A stretch of 32,000 bases of DNA, from the NCBI GenBank assembly GCA_964640155.1, contig CAZXEQ010000008.1:30001-62000 (forward strand), read 5' to 3'. The position numbers and the translations under genes were made by a program. The notes under the pieces are model-generated. The model saw only the letters and a list, made by a program, of their open reading frames with translations. It had not been told where the DNA came from and made no database searches. Within the stretch, counting starts at the first letter, position 1, and the number at the start of each line of letters is the position of its first letter. Shown here one piece after another: positions 1 to 9,781 of this stretch. Source of the DNA: an uncultured bacterium (lineage in GTDB: Bacteria > Auribacterota > JACPWU01).

Positions 1-546
1 CCTCGTTCGATCGTAAAATTGTACAAAACCGCATTGTTTGCATGATGAAAGATAAAGTTCTATTTTTTTTCTATCCCAAAATCCCCCTATTTTGTTTTTT
101 ACATCCATTAACATTTTAAACTCACGATAGTCTGTATTTTTGCAGTCTGGACAAGAATTCTTTCGAAAATCCTTGATCCATTCTTTAAACCAAGGACTAT
201 TGATTTTTTTCTCTGGACGATTTGAACCCGCTAATAAATCAATATGATAGAAGCGTTTTAGTCCGCATCCCTGGCAATAAACTTCGAATAAATCTGCGTC
301 AAAAGGGTTTGTTTCATAGCGGCGTTCCTGGCATTTGAAACACCGGAAATTTTTTGCTAAATGGTTTCTTAATTTTTGAATAACATTTTGCAAAGGAACA
401 TCTTCAAAATGGCTTTTAATGTCTTTAGCTGATATACGATCCGGCGCAGCTTCTTTTCGGTTTAAAATAATAAAAACGGCAATGGCAGCTGAAATTGCCA
501 CTAAAATTGCAAACAATATTAAAAATAAATGCGGACTTATCGTCAT
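1..546 (-). CDS. hypothetical membrane-anchored protein with two zinc-ribbon-like CxxC...CxxC modules (start inside window, 3' end runs off the window edge)
   Basis: Hand translation of the minus strand from ATG 546-544 stays open to position 1: MTISPHLFLILFAILVAISAAIAVFIILNRKEAAPDRISAKD...FRCFKCQERRYETNPFDADLFEVYCQGCGLKRFYHI...NSCPDCKNTDYREF...LSSCKQCGFVQFYDRTR. It has an N-terminal hydrophobic anchor and then four CxxC pairs. The start lies 1 nt after the HIT gene stop (TAA 550-548). It is not in the ORF track because it has no stop in the window. Confidence 0.6.
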   Translation of the reverse strand, partial: MTISPHLFLILFAILVAISAAIAVFIILNRKEAAPDRISAKDIKSHFEDVPLQNVIQKLRNHLAKNFRCFKCQERRYETNPFDADLFEVYCQGCGLKRFYHIDLLAGSNRPEKKINSPWFKEWIKDFRKNSCPDCKNTDYREFKMLMDVKNKIGGFWDRKKIELYLSSCKQCGFVQFYDRTR

Positions 547-547
547 A

Positions 548-892
548 TTAACCTGGAGGCCAAGTCATGGGCCGTCCACCTAAAAGATGTAGATGAACAT
601 GATACACTGTCTGACCAGCTTCAGGATTACAATTAGCAACCAAGCGATATCCTTTTTGGTCGATATTATTTTCTTTGGCCAACTGATTGGCCACCATAAG
701 CATTTTACCCCAAAGAGAAAGATTGTCAGGTTTTATTTCACTGATTCTTTCAATATGAATCTTAGGAATAATTAAAAGGTGCACAGGGGCTTGGGGTTTG
801 ATGTCATTAAAGGCAAGAATTTCTTTGTCTTCGTAATGGAGTGTTGCAGGGATTTCTTTTGTAACAATTTTACAAAAGATGCAATGGGTCAT
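548..892 (-). CDS. HIT-family (histidine triad) nucleotide hydrolase, HinT-like
   Basis: 114 aa. N-terminal CIFCKI and the C-terminal histidine triad QTVYHVHLHLLGG are the family signature. The ATG start is 29 nt downstream of the atpD stop. Confidence 0.9.
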   Translation of the reverse strand: MTHCIFCKIVTKEIPATLHYEDKEILAFNDIKPQAPVHLLIIPKIHIERISEIKPDNLSLWGKMLMVANQLAKENNIDQKGYRLVANCNPEAGQTVYHVHLHLLGGRPMTWPPG

Positions 893-921
893 ACTCTCAC
901 ATAAATTGAAACAGGAACCGT

Positions 922-1560
922 TTAACTTTCCTTTTTTCTCTCTAACTTTAGCTTAATCTTCTTAAGTCTAAAAGTATCTTCTCTTTCTCTTTGTTCGATA
1001 ACCCCACGAATAAATCGAATATGTTGGGCCATTGTAGGAAGAATGACTTGCTCTAAGGCATTTACGCGGCGGGTTGTCTTTTTAATTTCAAGGCCTAATC
1101 GACGTAATCTAACCTCAATCGAAGCAATTTTAACTAAAAGAGATGAAACCTCTTCAAAAGAAACCGCTGTACGATGCATTCGAGCGCTTAAGGCGCTTGG
1201 GCTGCAACCTCTCTCTAGGGGAGATCTTTTCCATTTTTCTTCTAAGAACTCAGGAACTTTAACGCCCCACACATTTCTTAATTCATTCTCAAGGCGAATT
1301 TGTCTGGAACCCGCCATGGCCATAGACTCAACGGCATCACTTCCTTCAATCGCTTTTGTTAAAGCTAATTCTTGATAGCTTTTAGTCATGGCTTCTGTCA
1401 GGTTTTGGCGAGACTGCAAAGTTTGTTTGACAACATTAAAAAATTCCATCACCAATGCATCTCGTTTTCTCTTGAGGAGATCTACCCCTTGTCGGGCAAG
1501 ACCTGCCTGATGCTTTAGGCTCAGTAAATTCATTCTTGTTGCGCTAACATTCGCACTCAT
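922..1560 (-). CDS. atpD: V/A-type ATP synthase subunit D (central stalk)
   Basis: 212 aa. SATRMNLLSLKHQAGLARQGVDLLKRKRDALVMEF is the typical D-subunit N-terminus, and the C-terminus is basic coiled-coil. It sits directly after the A and B subunits. Confidence 0.85.
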   Translation of the reverse strand: MSANVSATRMNLLSLKHQAGLARQGVDLLKRKRDALVMEFFNVVKQTLQSRQNLTEAMTKSYQELALTKAIEGSDAVESMAMAGSRQIRLENELRNVWGVKVPEFLEEKWKRSPLERGCSPSALSARMHRTAVSFEEVSSLLVKIASIEVRLRRLGLEIKKTTRRVNALEQVILPTMAQHIRFIRGVIEQREREDTFRLKKIKLKLERKKES

Positions 1561-1576
1561 AAGCAGCTTTCTTTTA

Positions 1577-2983
1577 TTAATCTATTTTTACTATTTCTTC
1601 CATTAATTCACCGTAATAGCGATCAATGTGTTTTTTCTGAACACGTTTAAGTTCGCTCTTCGGTAAATGAGTTGAAAGGAGTTTCCATCCAAGATTTAAA
1701 GTCGTTTCGATCGTTCTATTTGTAACGCCTTGATTGATAAACTTCTTTTCGAAGTCTTCGGCAAATTTAAGATAACGTTTATCTAAATCTGTGAGGGCTT
1801 CTTCACCGATGATAGCAACCAACTTGCGTAAATCACGCCCATTAGCATAAGCTGCGTAAAGCTGATTAGCCAATTCGCGATGATCCGCTCTTGTTTTACC
1901 TTCACCAATACCGCTGTTCATCAATCGAGATAGACAACGAGGAGCATCTACTGGAGGATAAACTCCAACGCGATGAAGTTGACGTGATAAAACAATTTGT
2001 CCTTCCGTGATATATCCCGTCAAGTCTGGAATAGGGTGGGTGATGTCATCATCTGGCATGGTCAAAATAGGAATTTGTGTGATGGACCCTTTTTTACCTT
2101 TAATTTTTCCTGCACGTTCATAGATGGTTGCCAAGTCCGTGTACATATATCCTGGATAGCCACGACGACCTGGGATTTCTTCTCTTGCAGTTCCAATTTC
2201 GCGCAAGGCCTCACAGTAATTGGTCATATCTGTCAATACCACAAGGACTTGATAATCATGTTCATAAGCCAAATACTCTGCCACAGTCAAAGCACAGCGA
2301 GGTGTTAAGAGACGTTCAATGGTTGGATCATCCGCTAAATTAAGAAAGATTACTGTTTTTGAAAGGGCTCCGCGTTCTTCAAGATCACGAATAAAAAATG
2401 AAGCTTCGCGCATGGTAATTCCCATGGCGGCAAACACAACTGCGAATTCTTCTTGGGCACCCAAGACTTTAGATTGTCTCACAATCTGTGCAGCAATTTC
2501 ATTTGCAGGAAGTCCTGCTCCTGAGAAAATAGGAAGTTTTTGTCCGCGAACAAGCGTATTTAATCCATCGATCGTTGAAATACCTGTTTGAATAAATTCT
2601 GCAGGTTTTTCTCGAGAGGTTGGATTCATTGGAATACCTGTGATGCTCATTCTTTTTTCTGGGACAATGGCAGGAAGCCCATCAATAGGATTTCCAATAC
2701 CATTAAAGCGTCGTCCAATCATCTCTTTGGAGACGCCGATTCGAGCGACATGTTCACGAAGAGAAACAGAGGTTTTAGCAAGATCAAGCCCTCTTGTTTC
2801 TTCCAAGATTTGAATGACTGCGAATTGTTCAGAAACGTCAATGGCTTGACCGCCTCTTTTGCTGCCATCAGGAAGCCATATATCAACGAGGGCTCCATAT
2901 GAAAGATCTTTTGCCCCTTCAACAAAAAGAAGAGGTCCTGAAATATAATTTACTGAGTTATAGTAACGGGTTGCAAGTTCCAC
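1577..2983 (-). CDS. atpB: V/A-type ATP synthase subunit B (non-catalytic)
   Basis: 468 aa. Motifs: [26 protein letters not shown] (degenerate P-loop region), [27 protein letters not shown] start at 2983, with AAGGAG (reverse complement of 2992-2997) 8 nt upstream. It overlaps the atpA 3' end by 34 nt. Confidence 0.95.
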   Translation of the reverse strand: MELATRYYNSVNYISGPLLFVEGAKDLSYGALVDIWLPDGSKRGGQAIDVSEQFAVIQILEETRGLDLAKTSVSLREHVARIGVSKEMIGRRFNGIGNPIDGLPAIVPEKRMSITGIPMNPTSREKPAEFIQTGISTIDGLNTLVRGQKLPIFSGAGLPANEIAAQIVRQSKVLGAQEEFAVVFAAMGITMREASFFIRDLEERGALSKTVIFLNLADDPTIERLLTPRCALTVAEYLAYEHDYQVLVVLTDMTNYCEALREIGTAREEIPGRRGYPGYMYTDLATIYERAGKIKGKKGSITQIPILTMPDDDITHPIPDLTGYITEGQIVLSRQLHRVGVYPPVDAPRCLSRLMNSGIGEGKTRADHRELANQLYAAYANGRDLRKLVAIIGEEALTDLDKRYLKFAEDFEKKFINQGVTNRTIETTLNLGWKLLSTHLPKSELKRVQKKHIDRYYGELMEEIVKID

Positions 2984-4701
2984 GTTTCGATCTCCTTTAA
3001 AACTTGTTGCAGATTATTTTTCCAGTCCTTCAAACCAACATCTTTTAAACGACCAATTTTTTCACGCAAGGGGGATTCAAGTACCATCTCAATGTTACCG
3101 CCTTGTTTTAATATTTGGGCTGATTTGTGATAAAAAGCGAGCAAAGCTTTTAACATGCCATCTTGCTTTTCCATGGGGCAATATGCATCCATTTCTGAAA
3201 ATGCACTTTGCTGTAAGAAATCTTCCCGAAGCATGGCACCTATTTCAATGACCAAGCGTTCATTATCTTGTAATGCATCGGGCCCGACCAATTGAACAAC
3301 TTCCATGAGTTCGGACTCTCTTTGTAAAAGCTCCATGATTTGTTTACAGTTTTGTGTGAACTCGGCAGAGACATTCTTTTTATACCAGTCTTCCAAATGT
3401 TCTTGATAAAGACTGTAACTCTTTCCCCAGTTAATAGCGGGGAAGTGCCGCCGATTAGCTAAACTTGCATCAAGAGCCCAGAAAGTTCCAACGATTCGTA
3501 ATGTGCTTTGCGTTACAGGTTCAGAAAAATCTCCTCCTGGAGGTGATACGGCTCCTACAACGGTTACAGATCCTACTCGGTTATCTCTTCCCAAACAAAC
3601 TACACGGCCCGCACGTTCATAAAATGCAGCAAGACGAGTTCCTAAATAAGTAGGATAACCTTCTTCGCCAGGCATTTCTTCAAGTCGGGATGAAATTTCA
3701 CGCATAGCCTCAGCCCATCGAGAGCTAGAATCCGCCATTAAAGCAACGTTATAGCCCATATCACGATAATACTCGGCCATCGTGATACCTGTATAAATTG
3801 AAGCTTCGCGTGCAGCTACGGGCATGTTAGAGGTGTTTGCGACGAGAACAGTTCTTTCCATCAAAGGACGACCTGTTTTAGGATCTGTCAATTCTGGAAA
3901 TTCATGAAGCACATCAGCCATTTCATTGCCGCGCTCACCACATCCTACGTAAATAATAATATCTGCACTGGAATATTTAGCTAAAGTTTGCTGAACCACT
4001 GTTTTCCCTGATCCAAAAGGGCCTGGAATTGAAGAATTGCCTCCTAAGGCAAGAGGGAAGAGAGAGTCAAAAATTCTTTGCCCTGTAACAAACAATTCAT
4101 TAGGATCCATTTTCTTTGCATAAGGGCGGCGACTTCGTACGGGCCAACGTTGAACCATGGTCAGTTCTTGTCCTTCAGAAAAGCGACAAATAATTTCATG
4201 AATGGTATAAGAACCTTCTTTGATTATTTCAGAAACTGTTCCGGACATGCCAGGAGGAACGAGAATGCGATGCTTAAATCCACCTTCTTGGGTTTCTCCA
4301 ATAACATCGCCAGCGGCTACTTTATCACCCACTTTTACTTTAGGCGTAAAGGGCCATTTTTTCTCTTTCGAAAGTGCATCAACGAAAATTCCTCTTTCAA
4401 TGAAATCGCCTTGACTGGCTCGAATTACTTCAAGAGGACGCTGAATGCCGTCATAAGTTGTGGAAAGAAGACCGGGTCCAAGTTCTGCCATTAAGGGAAG
4501 ACCTGTATTTTCGATAGGTTCTCCGACAAAGAGACCTGAAGTATCTTCATAAACTTGAATAAAGGCAGTTTCCCCATCCAAGCGAATGATTTCTCCTAAA
4601 AGCCCTAATTTTCCTACCCGGACAATGTCATACATTTTAGCGCCGGTAATTCCGCGGCCAATTACTGCCGGTCCTGCAATACGTGCAATCATGCCACTCA
4701 T
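2950..4701 (-). CDS. atpA: V/A-type ATP synthase subunit A (catalytic)
   Basis: 583 aa. Walker [33 protein letters not shown], and the A-subunit-type extra region between the N-terminal barrel and the P-loop. The ATG is preceded by AAGGAG. Confidence 0.95.
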   Translation of the reverse strand: MSGMIARIAGPAVIGRGITGAKMYDIVRVGKLGLLGEIIRLDGETAFIQVYEDTSGLFVGEPIENTGLPLMAELGPGLLSTTYDGIQRPLEVIRASQGDFIERGIFVDALSKEKKWPFTPKVKVGDKVAAGDVIGETQEGGFKHRILVPPGMSGTVSEIIKEGSYTIHEIICRFSEGQELTMVQRWPVRSRRPYAKKMDPNELFVTGQRIFDSLFPLALGGNSSIPGPFGSGKTVVQQTLAKYSSADIIIYVGCGERGNEMADVLHEFPELTDPKTGRPLMERTVLVANTSNMPVAAREASIYTGITMAEYYRDMGYNVALMADSSSRWAEAMREISSRLEEMPGEEGYPTYLGTRLAAFYERAGRVVCLGRDNRVGSVTVVGAVSPPGGDFSEPVTQSTLRIVGTFWALDASLANRRHFPAINWGKSYSLYQEHLEDWYKKNVSAEFTQNCKQIMELLQRESELMEVVQLVGPDALQDNERLVIEIGAMLREDFLQQSAFSEMDAYCPMEKQDGMLKALLAFYHKSAQILKQGGNIEMVLESPLREKIGRLKDVGLKDWKNNLQQVLKEIETWNLQPVTITQ

Positions 4702-4733
4702 AGTTCAACTCCTTAATTTACTTGGCCCTATTT

Positions 4734-5060
4734 TTATTTCAGTTTTACGTAATATCCAATACAAGAACGAACTAATTCAGAAACGTATTTTTCCTGATCC
4801 TCTTTAGAAATATCTATTTTGGGAAGAGGAAGAACAACAGGAAAAGGTTTTTCCTCAAGATGTTTTTGAAGTTTTTTGTCATTTGTAGGAAACAGGTCTT
4901 CTTCAATCGCAACTAAACTCGGTTCATTTCTATCTATAAAACCTTGCAAAAGATCTTTGGCTTCCTGTGCAGATTTTACTTCCAGCACATTAACCCCAGC
5001 CAGCCGAAAACCGCTTGACCAATCTCCTTTGCTAATCAGACTAAAAGGAACTTTAGACAT
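4734..5060 (-). CDS. atpF: V/A-type ATP synthase subunit F
   Basis: Small protein (SKGDWSSGFRLAGVNVLEVKSAQEAKDLL...LVAIEEDLF) typical of F subunits. The track ORF begins at a TTG (5078). ATG 5060 has GAGGA 8 nt upstream and overlaps the atpC stop (5053-5055) in an ATGTCTAA arrangement, so I prefer 5060. Confidence 0.75.
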   Translation of the reverse strand: MSKVPFSLISKGDWSSGFRLAGVNVLEVKSAQEAKDLLQGFIDRNEPSLVAIEEDLFPTNDKKLQKHLEEKPFPVVLPLPKIDISKEDQEKYVSELVRSCIGYYVKLK

Positions 5061-6108
5061 GAATGAGTTCCTCTTCAATTTTTTCAGAAGGAATGCGCGC
5101 TATTTTTGCTCTTACAATGATACGTAAATTTCGAATTTCAGCAATTTTAAGCCATAAAAATCCAAAAACAACATCAAATCCTAAAGGATCACCTAAAAAA
5201 GCTTTACCGCTTTCACGATATACTTTTTGTTCTAGAAGTCTTTCAACGCATACTTCATCTTTAGCTTTTTGAGACAAGCCTAAAGCGGTGCTAATCATTT
5301 GACAGGCTGCTTCGCTTGTTTCTTGTTGAAGAATGGAGGTATACAGGCTTTTCCCAATATGTGCTCCCTTATTAAGGAAATAGGAAAGCCCTTGCGCGAG
5401 AGGGAGATGTTCTTCTCGAATTCTTAAGGCAGAACGTACATTAAAAAGATCTTTAAGATAAGATAAAAATTCACCTAAAGCTTCTTTTTCTTGTTTAAGC
5501 TTTTTAATTTGCTCATCAGCAATTCTTAAGAATGAATTTTCAAGTGCGCTTTCAAGAATAATTAATTTTTGAGTTTCTTGAAATTTTGAAAGAACTTGAA
5601 ATAAATCCCTACTAAAAGGAAATTTCCAGATATAAAGAATTTCAATCACAGATTTCAGATCAGGTGATTCAGCTAATTCTTTCAGAAGAGGTTCGCTTAA
5701 CTGTCCAACGGGAAGAGTAGAGAACAAAATTTCAGAAGAGGATCGATTCGTGAATTTCCCCCTTAAAACAGTTCGTATCGCTTCCATATCCCAATAGAGA
5801 AGGAGAGTTTCAAATAGTTTACGTGGCTCACCATCTAATAGTTTTAAAATGCTTTGAGTTGTATCAGCTAAATCTCGTCGGAATACTTCTTCAAGAGTAC
5901 TGAGCGAAGGATTTTCCTCTAAAAGGTGAAAATGCTTTGAGAGGTGAGTGTTTTTAAGAATTTCAAGAATTTCATCTAAGTTTTTACATGTTTTGAGATC
6001 TTGAAATTGGGCAAGAGAAATCAGCTCACTTTTCATGCCTCGAATACGGGCGTTGATGTAAGCATAATCTGTTGAGGCGCTAATTGAATAGGAAACCACT
6101 TTACTCAT
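5053..6108 (-). CDS. atpC: V/A-type ATP synthase subunit C (d-type, rotor-stalk connector)
   Basis: 351 aa, all-helical. TDYAYINARIRGMKSELIS near the N-terminus resembles the conserved start of C(d) subunits. Its position between E and F fits the canonical I-K-E-C-F-A-B-D order. Confidence 0.75.
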   Translation of the reverse strand: MSKVVSYSISASTDYAYINARIRGMKSELISLAQFQDLKTCKNLDEILEILKNTHLSKHFHLLEENPSLSTLEEVFRRDLADTTQSILKLLDGEPRKLFETLLLYWDMEAIRTVLRGKFTNRSSSEILFSTLPVGQLSEPLLKELAESPDLKSVIEILYIWKFPFSRDLFQVLSKFQETQKLIILESALENSFLRIADEQIKKLKQEKEALGEFLSYLKDLFNVRSALRIREEHLPLAQGLSYFLNKGAHIGKSLYTSILQQETSEAACQMISTALGLSQKAKDEVCVERLLEQKVYRESGKAFLGDPLGFDVVFGFLWLKIAEIRNLRIIVRAKIARIPSEKIEEELIHV

Positions 6109-6126
6109 TGTTTTTTGTGCTTTTTA

Positions 6127-6711
6127 TTATGATGACGGCCAAAGGTTTTTGACCACCTCCGTCGTTAAATTACTCATCGCTTTTGAGAGCCGATTATCCA
6201 GAGTGTTTTCAATGATCAACTTATGATCCGCTGTTTTTACAACAACACCATTTAAAACCTTTGGATTTGAATGAACATCGGCTTCTTTGTGAAGCTGTTT
6301 AAGTAAGTTTTGAACTAAAGAAACATCCTTTGCAGAAACTTCTATAGTCACTTTACCTGTTAAATTCTTTAAGGATTCTTGAAGCAGGCTTTCAAGAATC
6401 TGTGGATAATCTGATTCTTTTGATGTTTTCTGAATCCGCTCTTGTGCATTTGCATAGACATTGTCAAAGGCTTTTCGTCGAGATTCCAGAAGAAGTTGAT
6501 TGCTTTGAGATTTTGCATTTCCAAGCATTTTGGCTTCTTCCATATCCATCTCTTCTTTAGCCTTTGTCATGATTTCATCACGCGATTTTTCAATTTCAGA
6601 TTTTGTCTGATTTTGAAGAAGCTGAATCTGGGTCTCAGACTCCTCGCGAATTTTGTTTTTTTCTATAGATGCCTCTTTTTCAAGAGCCTCTAGCATTAAT
6701 TCAATAGACAT
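6127..6711 (-). CDS. atpE: V/A-type ATP synthase subunit E (peripheral stalk)
   Basis: 194 aa. It has a long charged N-terminal coiled coil followed by a globular C-terminal domain. It lies between K and C. Confidence 0.75.
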   Translation of the reverse strand: MSIELMLEALEKEASIEKNKIREESETQIQLLQNQTKSEIEKSRDEIMTKAKEEMDMEEAKMLGNAKSQSNQLLLESRRKAFDNVYANAQERIQKTSKESDYPQILESLLQESLKNLTGKVTIEVSAKDVSLVQNLLKQLHKEADVHSNPKVLNGVVVKTADHKLIIENTLDNRLSKAMSNLTTEVVKNLWPSS

Positions 6712-6774
6712 CTCGTCACCTTTTTATTATTCCTTTCAATAACTGAAGGATCGGTACTATTGCATTGCACCTTT

Positions 6775-7110
6775 TTAGAGAACAAATATGATTAAAACTG
6801 CAACGACGAATCCTAAAATAATCATGGTTTCAGGAATGGCTTCTAAAATAATAACAGAACCGACAACTTCTGGTTTTTCAGCCAATGCACCTGCGCCTGC
6901 AGCACCAATTCTGGCTTGAGCGAGTCCTGAAGCCAAAGCAGAAAGGCCTACCGCAATAGCAGCAGCAATTGCCTTAGTTCCAACGTTAGAAGAAGATTTT
7001 TCTGTTTTTACGGCTGTTTCATGCGCAACTTCTGTTTCTGCACTTAAAAAATGAGTTGCACCAAAAAACCACATTCCCAAAACTAAAATTAACCATAAAC
7101 CTTTTTTCAT
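6775..7110 (-). CDS. atpK: V/A-type ATP synthase subunit K (c-ring proteolipid), single hairpin with an N-terminal hydrophobic extension
   Basis: GLSALASGLAQARIGAAGAGALAEKPE...AIPETMIILGFVVAVLIIFVL is a proteolipid hairpin carrying the carboxylate. I prefer ATG 7110 (MKKGLWLILVLG...) because AAGGAG (reverse complement of 7119-7124) lies 8 nt upstream. The track start, GTG 7158, overlaps atpI. Confidence 0.85.
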   Translation of the reverse strand: MKKGLWLILVLGMWFFGATHFLSAETEVAHETAVKTEKSSSNVGTKAIAAAIAVGLSALASGLAQARIGAAGAGALAEKPEVVGSVIILEAIPETMIILGFVVAVLIIFVL

Positions 7111-7144
7111 CTCTTTTTCTCCTTTGTACTGTTTTTGAATGTTG

Positions 7145-9013
7145 TTAACGTTTACCACTTTTGGTTAGGGGTTGATAAAAATCCCCGCCTGCTTCATAAA
7201 ATTTTGTAAAAAATTCAACATAATGCAAACGAACAGATTGAATTGTAGGGCTGAAAGCCAAAATCATGTTAATGATATGAAAAGTGATAGCAATGATAGC
7301 TCCTAATATGACATTTCCTACAAGACTTCCCATCATATTTCCGACAAAGGCCAAATAGGCACTTGCGACTCCTACGGCCATTAAACGAGCGTAAGAAAGC
7401 ATGTTCCCCACAAATGAAAGAAGCTCCATCAGCATCATGGGGCCTTTCATGATAATAAGAAGAGGAATCGATATAACGATCGCAATCACCGATGGAATCT
7501 TAATGACATTGGGGATTTGGCCGGCCAAAACACCGATTAAGGCAAATAGACTAGCCAGGGCCACTAAAATGGCTATCACTTCAATAGTTTCATGATTGTG
7601 ACGATGTCTTATAGATTGAATTAACTTTAAAACGAAACCTAAAGTCACATGCATGACGCCTATTCCAATGGCTAGCAAAAGAAGGGGGACTAGAGAATGC
7701 ATTCTGTTCCATTCGATGGTAGTGCCACCCAAATGCATGGTGAGGGGATGAAGAACGCCTTTTCTTTCAAGCCAGTCGCCAAAACATTCGCCAAATACAA
7801 ATCCAAATATAATGGTATAAGTCGACGCCATAAGGATGATTTCAGAAACACTTTTTATCATTTCATTTTTGGTTTTAAATCTAAGAATAAGTGCTATTAC
7901 AAAGAAAATAGCGCCGTAACCAATGTCACCCATGATCAAACCAAAGAAAATGGGAAAGAAAATAGCAACAAACGGCGTAGGATCAATGCTTCCATATTTG
8001 GGAGGGCGAAGCACTTTTATAAAAAGTTCAAAGGGTCGTGCCCAGCGTTTATTTTGAAGAAGAGTAGGGGCATGATGACAATCTTCCACGCCTAAATAAA
8101 CGGAAGAACCAAAATGTTTTTGAAGTGCTGTTTCCAAACTTTTAATATCTTTTTCAGGATTAAAACCTGTAAGGACAAAAGTTTTTTGAGTTTGTCCAAG
8201 CCCTCGATTCGCTTTTAGCGCATTAATTCGATCTTGAATTCTAAATTTGAATGATTGAAGTGACGAAAGATTCTTATCTGAAATTTCTTGAAGATTTTTT
8301 TCGACCTCTTTAAGAAGATTTGGAATTTCTTGATGTCTTATTTCCATTTGCTTTACGGCATCTGAAAAAGAATAAGAAGCCAATGAAGAGGGTAGTTTGA
8401 TTTCGCTTAGCCCATAGCGATTTAAAAAAGAACGCAATTGAGAACTTTGAGATTTGTAGAAGGCAATTACAAGACCTAAACTATCAGAATCCGTGGATCT
8501 CTTAAAAAGAAGAACTTTCCCAGCGAAAAGCTTTGCCAGTTCTTGTTCCATTTCTTCCAAACGCTTGCTTTCTCTCTTTGAGACAATAAATCCTAAGGTT
8601 TCAAAGTTTTTACTTCCTGAAAGAGGTTCAAGTAAGGGAGCGAGGGTTTTTAAGGTCTCTTGATAAGCTCTAATAATGGAAAGTTCGTCGCTTAGTGTTT
8701 GCTTCTTTTGTCCTAAATCATAAACTTTTTGAGATAAATCATTAGACCATGATTCCCAATCTTTAATTTCTGAATCCAAAGTTGAATGACTTATCTTTTG
8801 AGAAACAGGCAAAAGAGAAGTTAACGTTTCAAGTTTGGCCAGGAGTTTTTCTTGGGCGCTAAGTTCATGCCCTAATTTCTCATCTAAACGCTTTTTCTCA
8901 GTTTTTTCGGATTCTGTAAGATGAACGGTGCCTAATTCTTGGAGGAGATCGATTACAGCCTGTGTCAGAGATTTAGGTCCCGACACAACGATCTTCTTCA
9001 TCTGTGCAATCAT
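7145..9013 (-). CDS. atpI: V/A-type ATP synthase subunit I (a-type stator/ion channel)
   Basis: 622 aa. It has a soluble coiled-coil N-terminal half and a polytopic C-terminal half containing NMLSYARLMAVGVAS, which holds the conserved stator arginine. It overlaps the upstream gene in an ATGA arrangement. Confidence 0.85.
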   Translation of the reverse strand: MIAQMKKIVVSGPKSLTQAVIDLLQELGTVHLTESEKTEKKRLDEKLGHELSAQEKLLAKLETLTSLLPVSQKISHSTLDSEIKDWESWSNDLSQKVYDLGQKKQTLSDELSIIRAYQETLKTLAPLLEPLSGSKNFETLGFIVSKRESKRLEEMEQELAKLFAGKVLLFKRSTDSDSLGLVIAFYKSQSSQLRSFLNRYGLSEIKLPSSLASYSFSDAVKQMEIRHQEIPNLLKEVEKNLQEISDKNLSSLQSFKFRIQDRINALKANRGLGQTQKTFVLTGFNPEKDIKSLETALQKHFGSSVYLGVEDCHHAPTLLQNKRWARPFELFIKVLRPPKYGSIDPTPFVAIFFPIFFGLIMGDIGYGAIFFVIALILRFKTKNEMIKSVSEIILMASTYTIIFGFVFGECFGDWLERKGVLHPLTMHLGGTTIEWNRMHSLVPLLLLAIGIGVMHVTLGFVLKLIQSIRHRHNHETIEVIAILVALASLFALIGVLAGQIPNVIKIPSVIAIVISIPLLIIMKGPMMLMELLSFVGNMLSYARLMAVGVASAYLAFVGNMMGSLVGNVILGAIIAITFHIINMILAFSPTIQSVRLHYVEFFTKFYEAGGDFYQPLTKSGKR

Positions 9014-9408
9014 GAAGAAGCCTCCGACAAAATATCCAGTTTTTCTTTGGATGCTTTTGAGGCGTGTTTTGGAAGCATAGCCGATAGTACAACCTGAATT
9101 GCGTTGTTTGTATTTTGTTGGGCTTGTTTTAGGAGTTTCTCATATTCTTTTTTAGCTTCAGAAAGAATTTCTTCGGTTTGAACAGCTAAAGTTTTTCTTC
9201 TATCTATTTTGTATTTTTCAGCTTCTTCCCGAGCTTTTTTAAGAGATTTTTCAAAGGCTTCTTTTGAAGTCTTGCGTGCTGTTTCAACCTGTTCTAAAGC
9301 TTGAGCTTGTGCTTCTTGAATAGATTTTTCTATTTTTTCTTCTTTTAGTTTTATTTTTTTGAGAAGCTCTATTTCTAAATTGTGATCTGCTTGAGATTTG
9401 TGTTCCAT
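9010..9408 (-). CDS. coiled-coil peripheral-stalk-like protein, first gene of the V-ATPase operon (H/G-like)
   Basis: 132 aa, almost entirely charged heptad-like sequence (KIKLKEEKIEKSIQEAQAQALEQVETARKTSKEAFEKSLKKAREEAEKYK). It is translationally coupled (ATGA) to atpI. The assignment rests on position and composition only. Confidence 0.55.
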   Translation of the reverse strand: MEHKSQADHNLEIELLKKIKLKEEKIEKSIQEAQAQALEQVETARKTSKEAFEKSLKKAREEAEKYKIDRRKTLAVQTEEILSEAKKEYEKLLKQAQQNTNNAIQVVLSAMLPKHASKASKEKLDILSEASS

Positions 9409-9460
9409 AAAGTACCCATGATTAGTGTGCTAGATGATATACCGTGATAAGAGTTCGCAA

Positions 9461-9489
9461 AAAATAGCAAAGATCAGTCAAATGGTCAA
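9461..9489 (-). promoter_or_regulatory. candidate sigma70-type promoter of the V-ATPase operon
   Basis: On the minus strand: TTGACC (9489-9484), a 17-nt spacer, then TATTTT (9466-9461), about 50 nt upstream of ATG 9408. This is a pattern match only. Confidence 0.3.
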
Positions 9490-9752
9490 TGTTTTTTTAG
9501 AAAATTTTTAAGAAGTTATGCTTAGGAAAGCTGTAAGAGAAAGAACTGTATTTAAGCGTACATCAAACGTCCCTTGGGTTGAGGAATGTGCCCCCCCCAA
9601 TTTACTCTTCGAGCAAGCCTGTAAGGCGCGTCGAGAAGCAAGCAGAGCCAGTACTTATTTTTATCCTTCTTCGGGTCGCCTAGATCTGAATACGTATTAT
9701 TTTTTTAACATATTGTTCTGGAGTAAGATGTAAATATATAATAATCCATTTT

Positions 9753-9781
9753 TTGATCTTGCTCCTTAAATATGCTATATT
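9753..9781 (+). promoter_or_regulatory. candidate sigma70-type promoter of the 1105-aa ORF
   Basis: TTGATC (9753-9758), a 17-nt spacer, then TATATT (9776-9781), 55 nt upstream of ATG 9836. This is a pattern match only. Confidence 0.35.

Noticed and set aside
7111-7158. Longer atpK start (GTG 7158, MVNVNNIQKQYKGEKE...)
   Set aside because: It would overlap the atpI 3' end by 14 nt and lacks an SD. ATG 7110 has AAGGAG at ideal spacing, and its sequence begins like a signal peptide.
593-9013. Many 60-140-aa plus-strand ORFs inside the V-ATPase and HIT genes (for example 1043-1375, 1997-2308, 4078-4494, 7697-8095)
   Set aside because: They are antisense to strongly supported, motif-bearing genes and have no SD or recognisable motifs. 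They are typical shadow ORFs.
9518-9733. 71-aa ORF in the divergent intergenic region
   Set aside because: It has no SD, an Arg/Ser/Pro-rich low-plausibility sequence, and it spans the C8 tract and candidate promoter DNA. It is likely non-coding.
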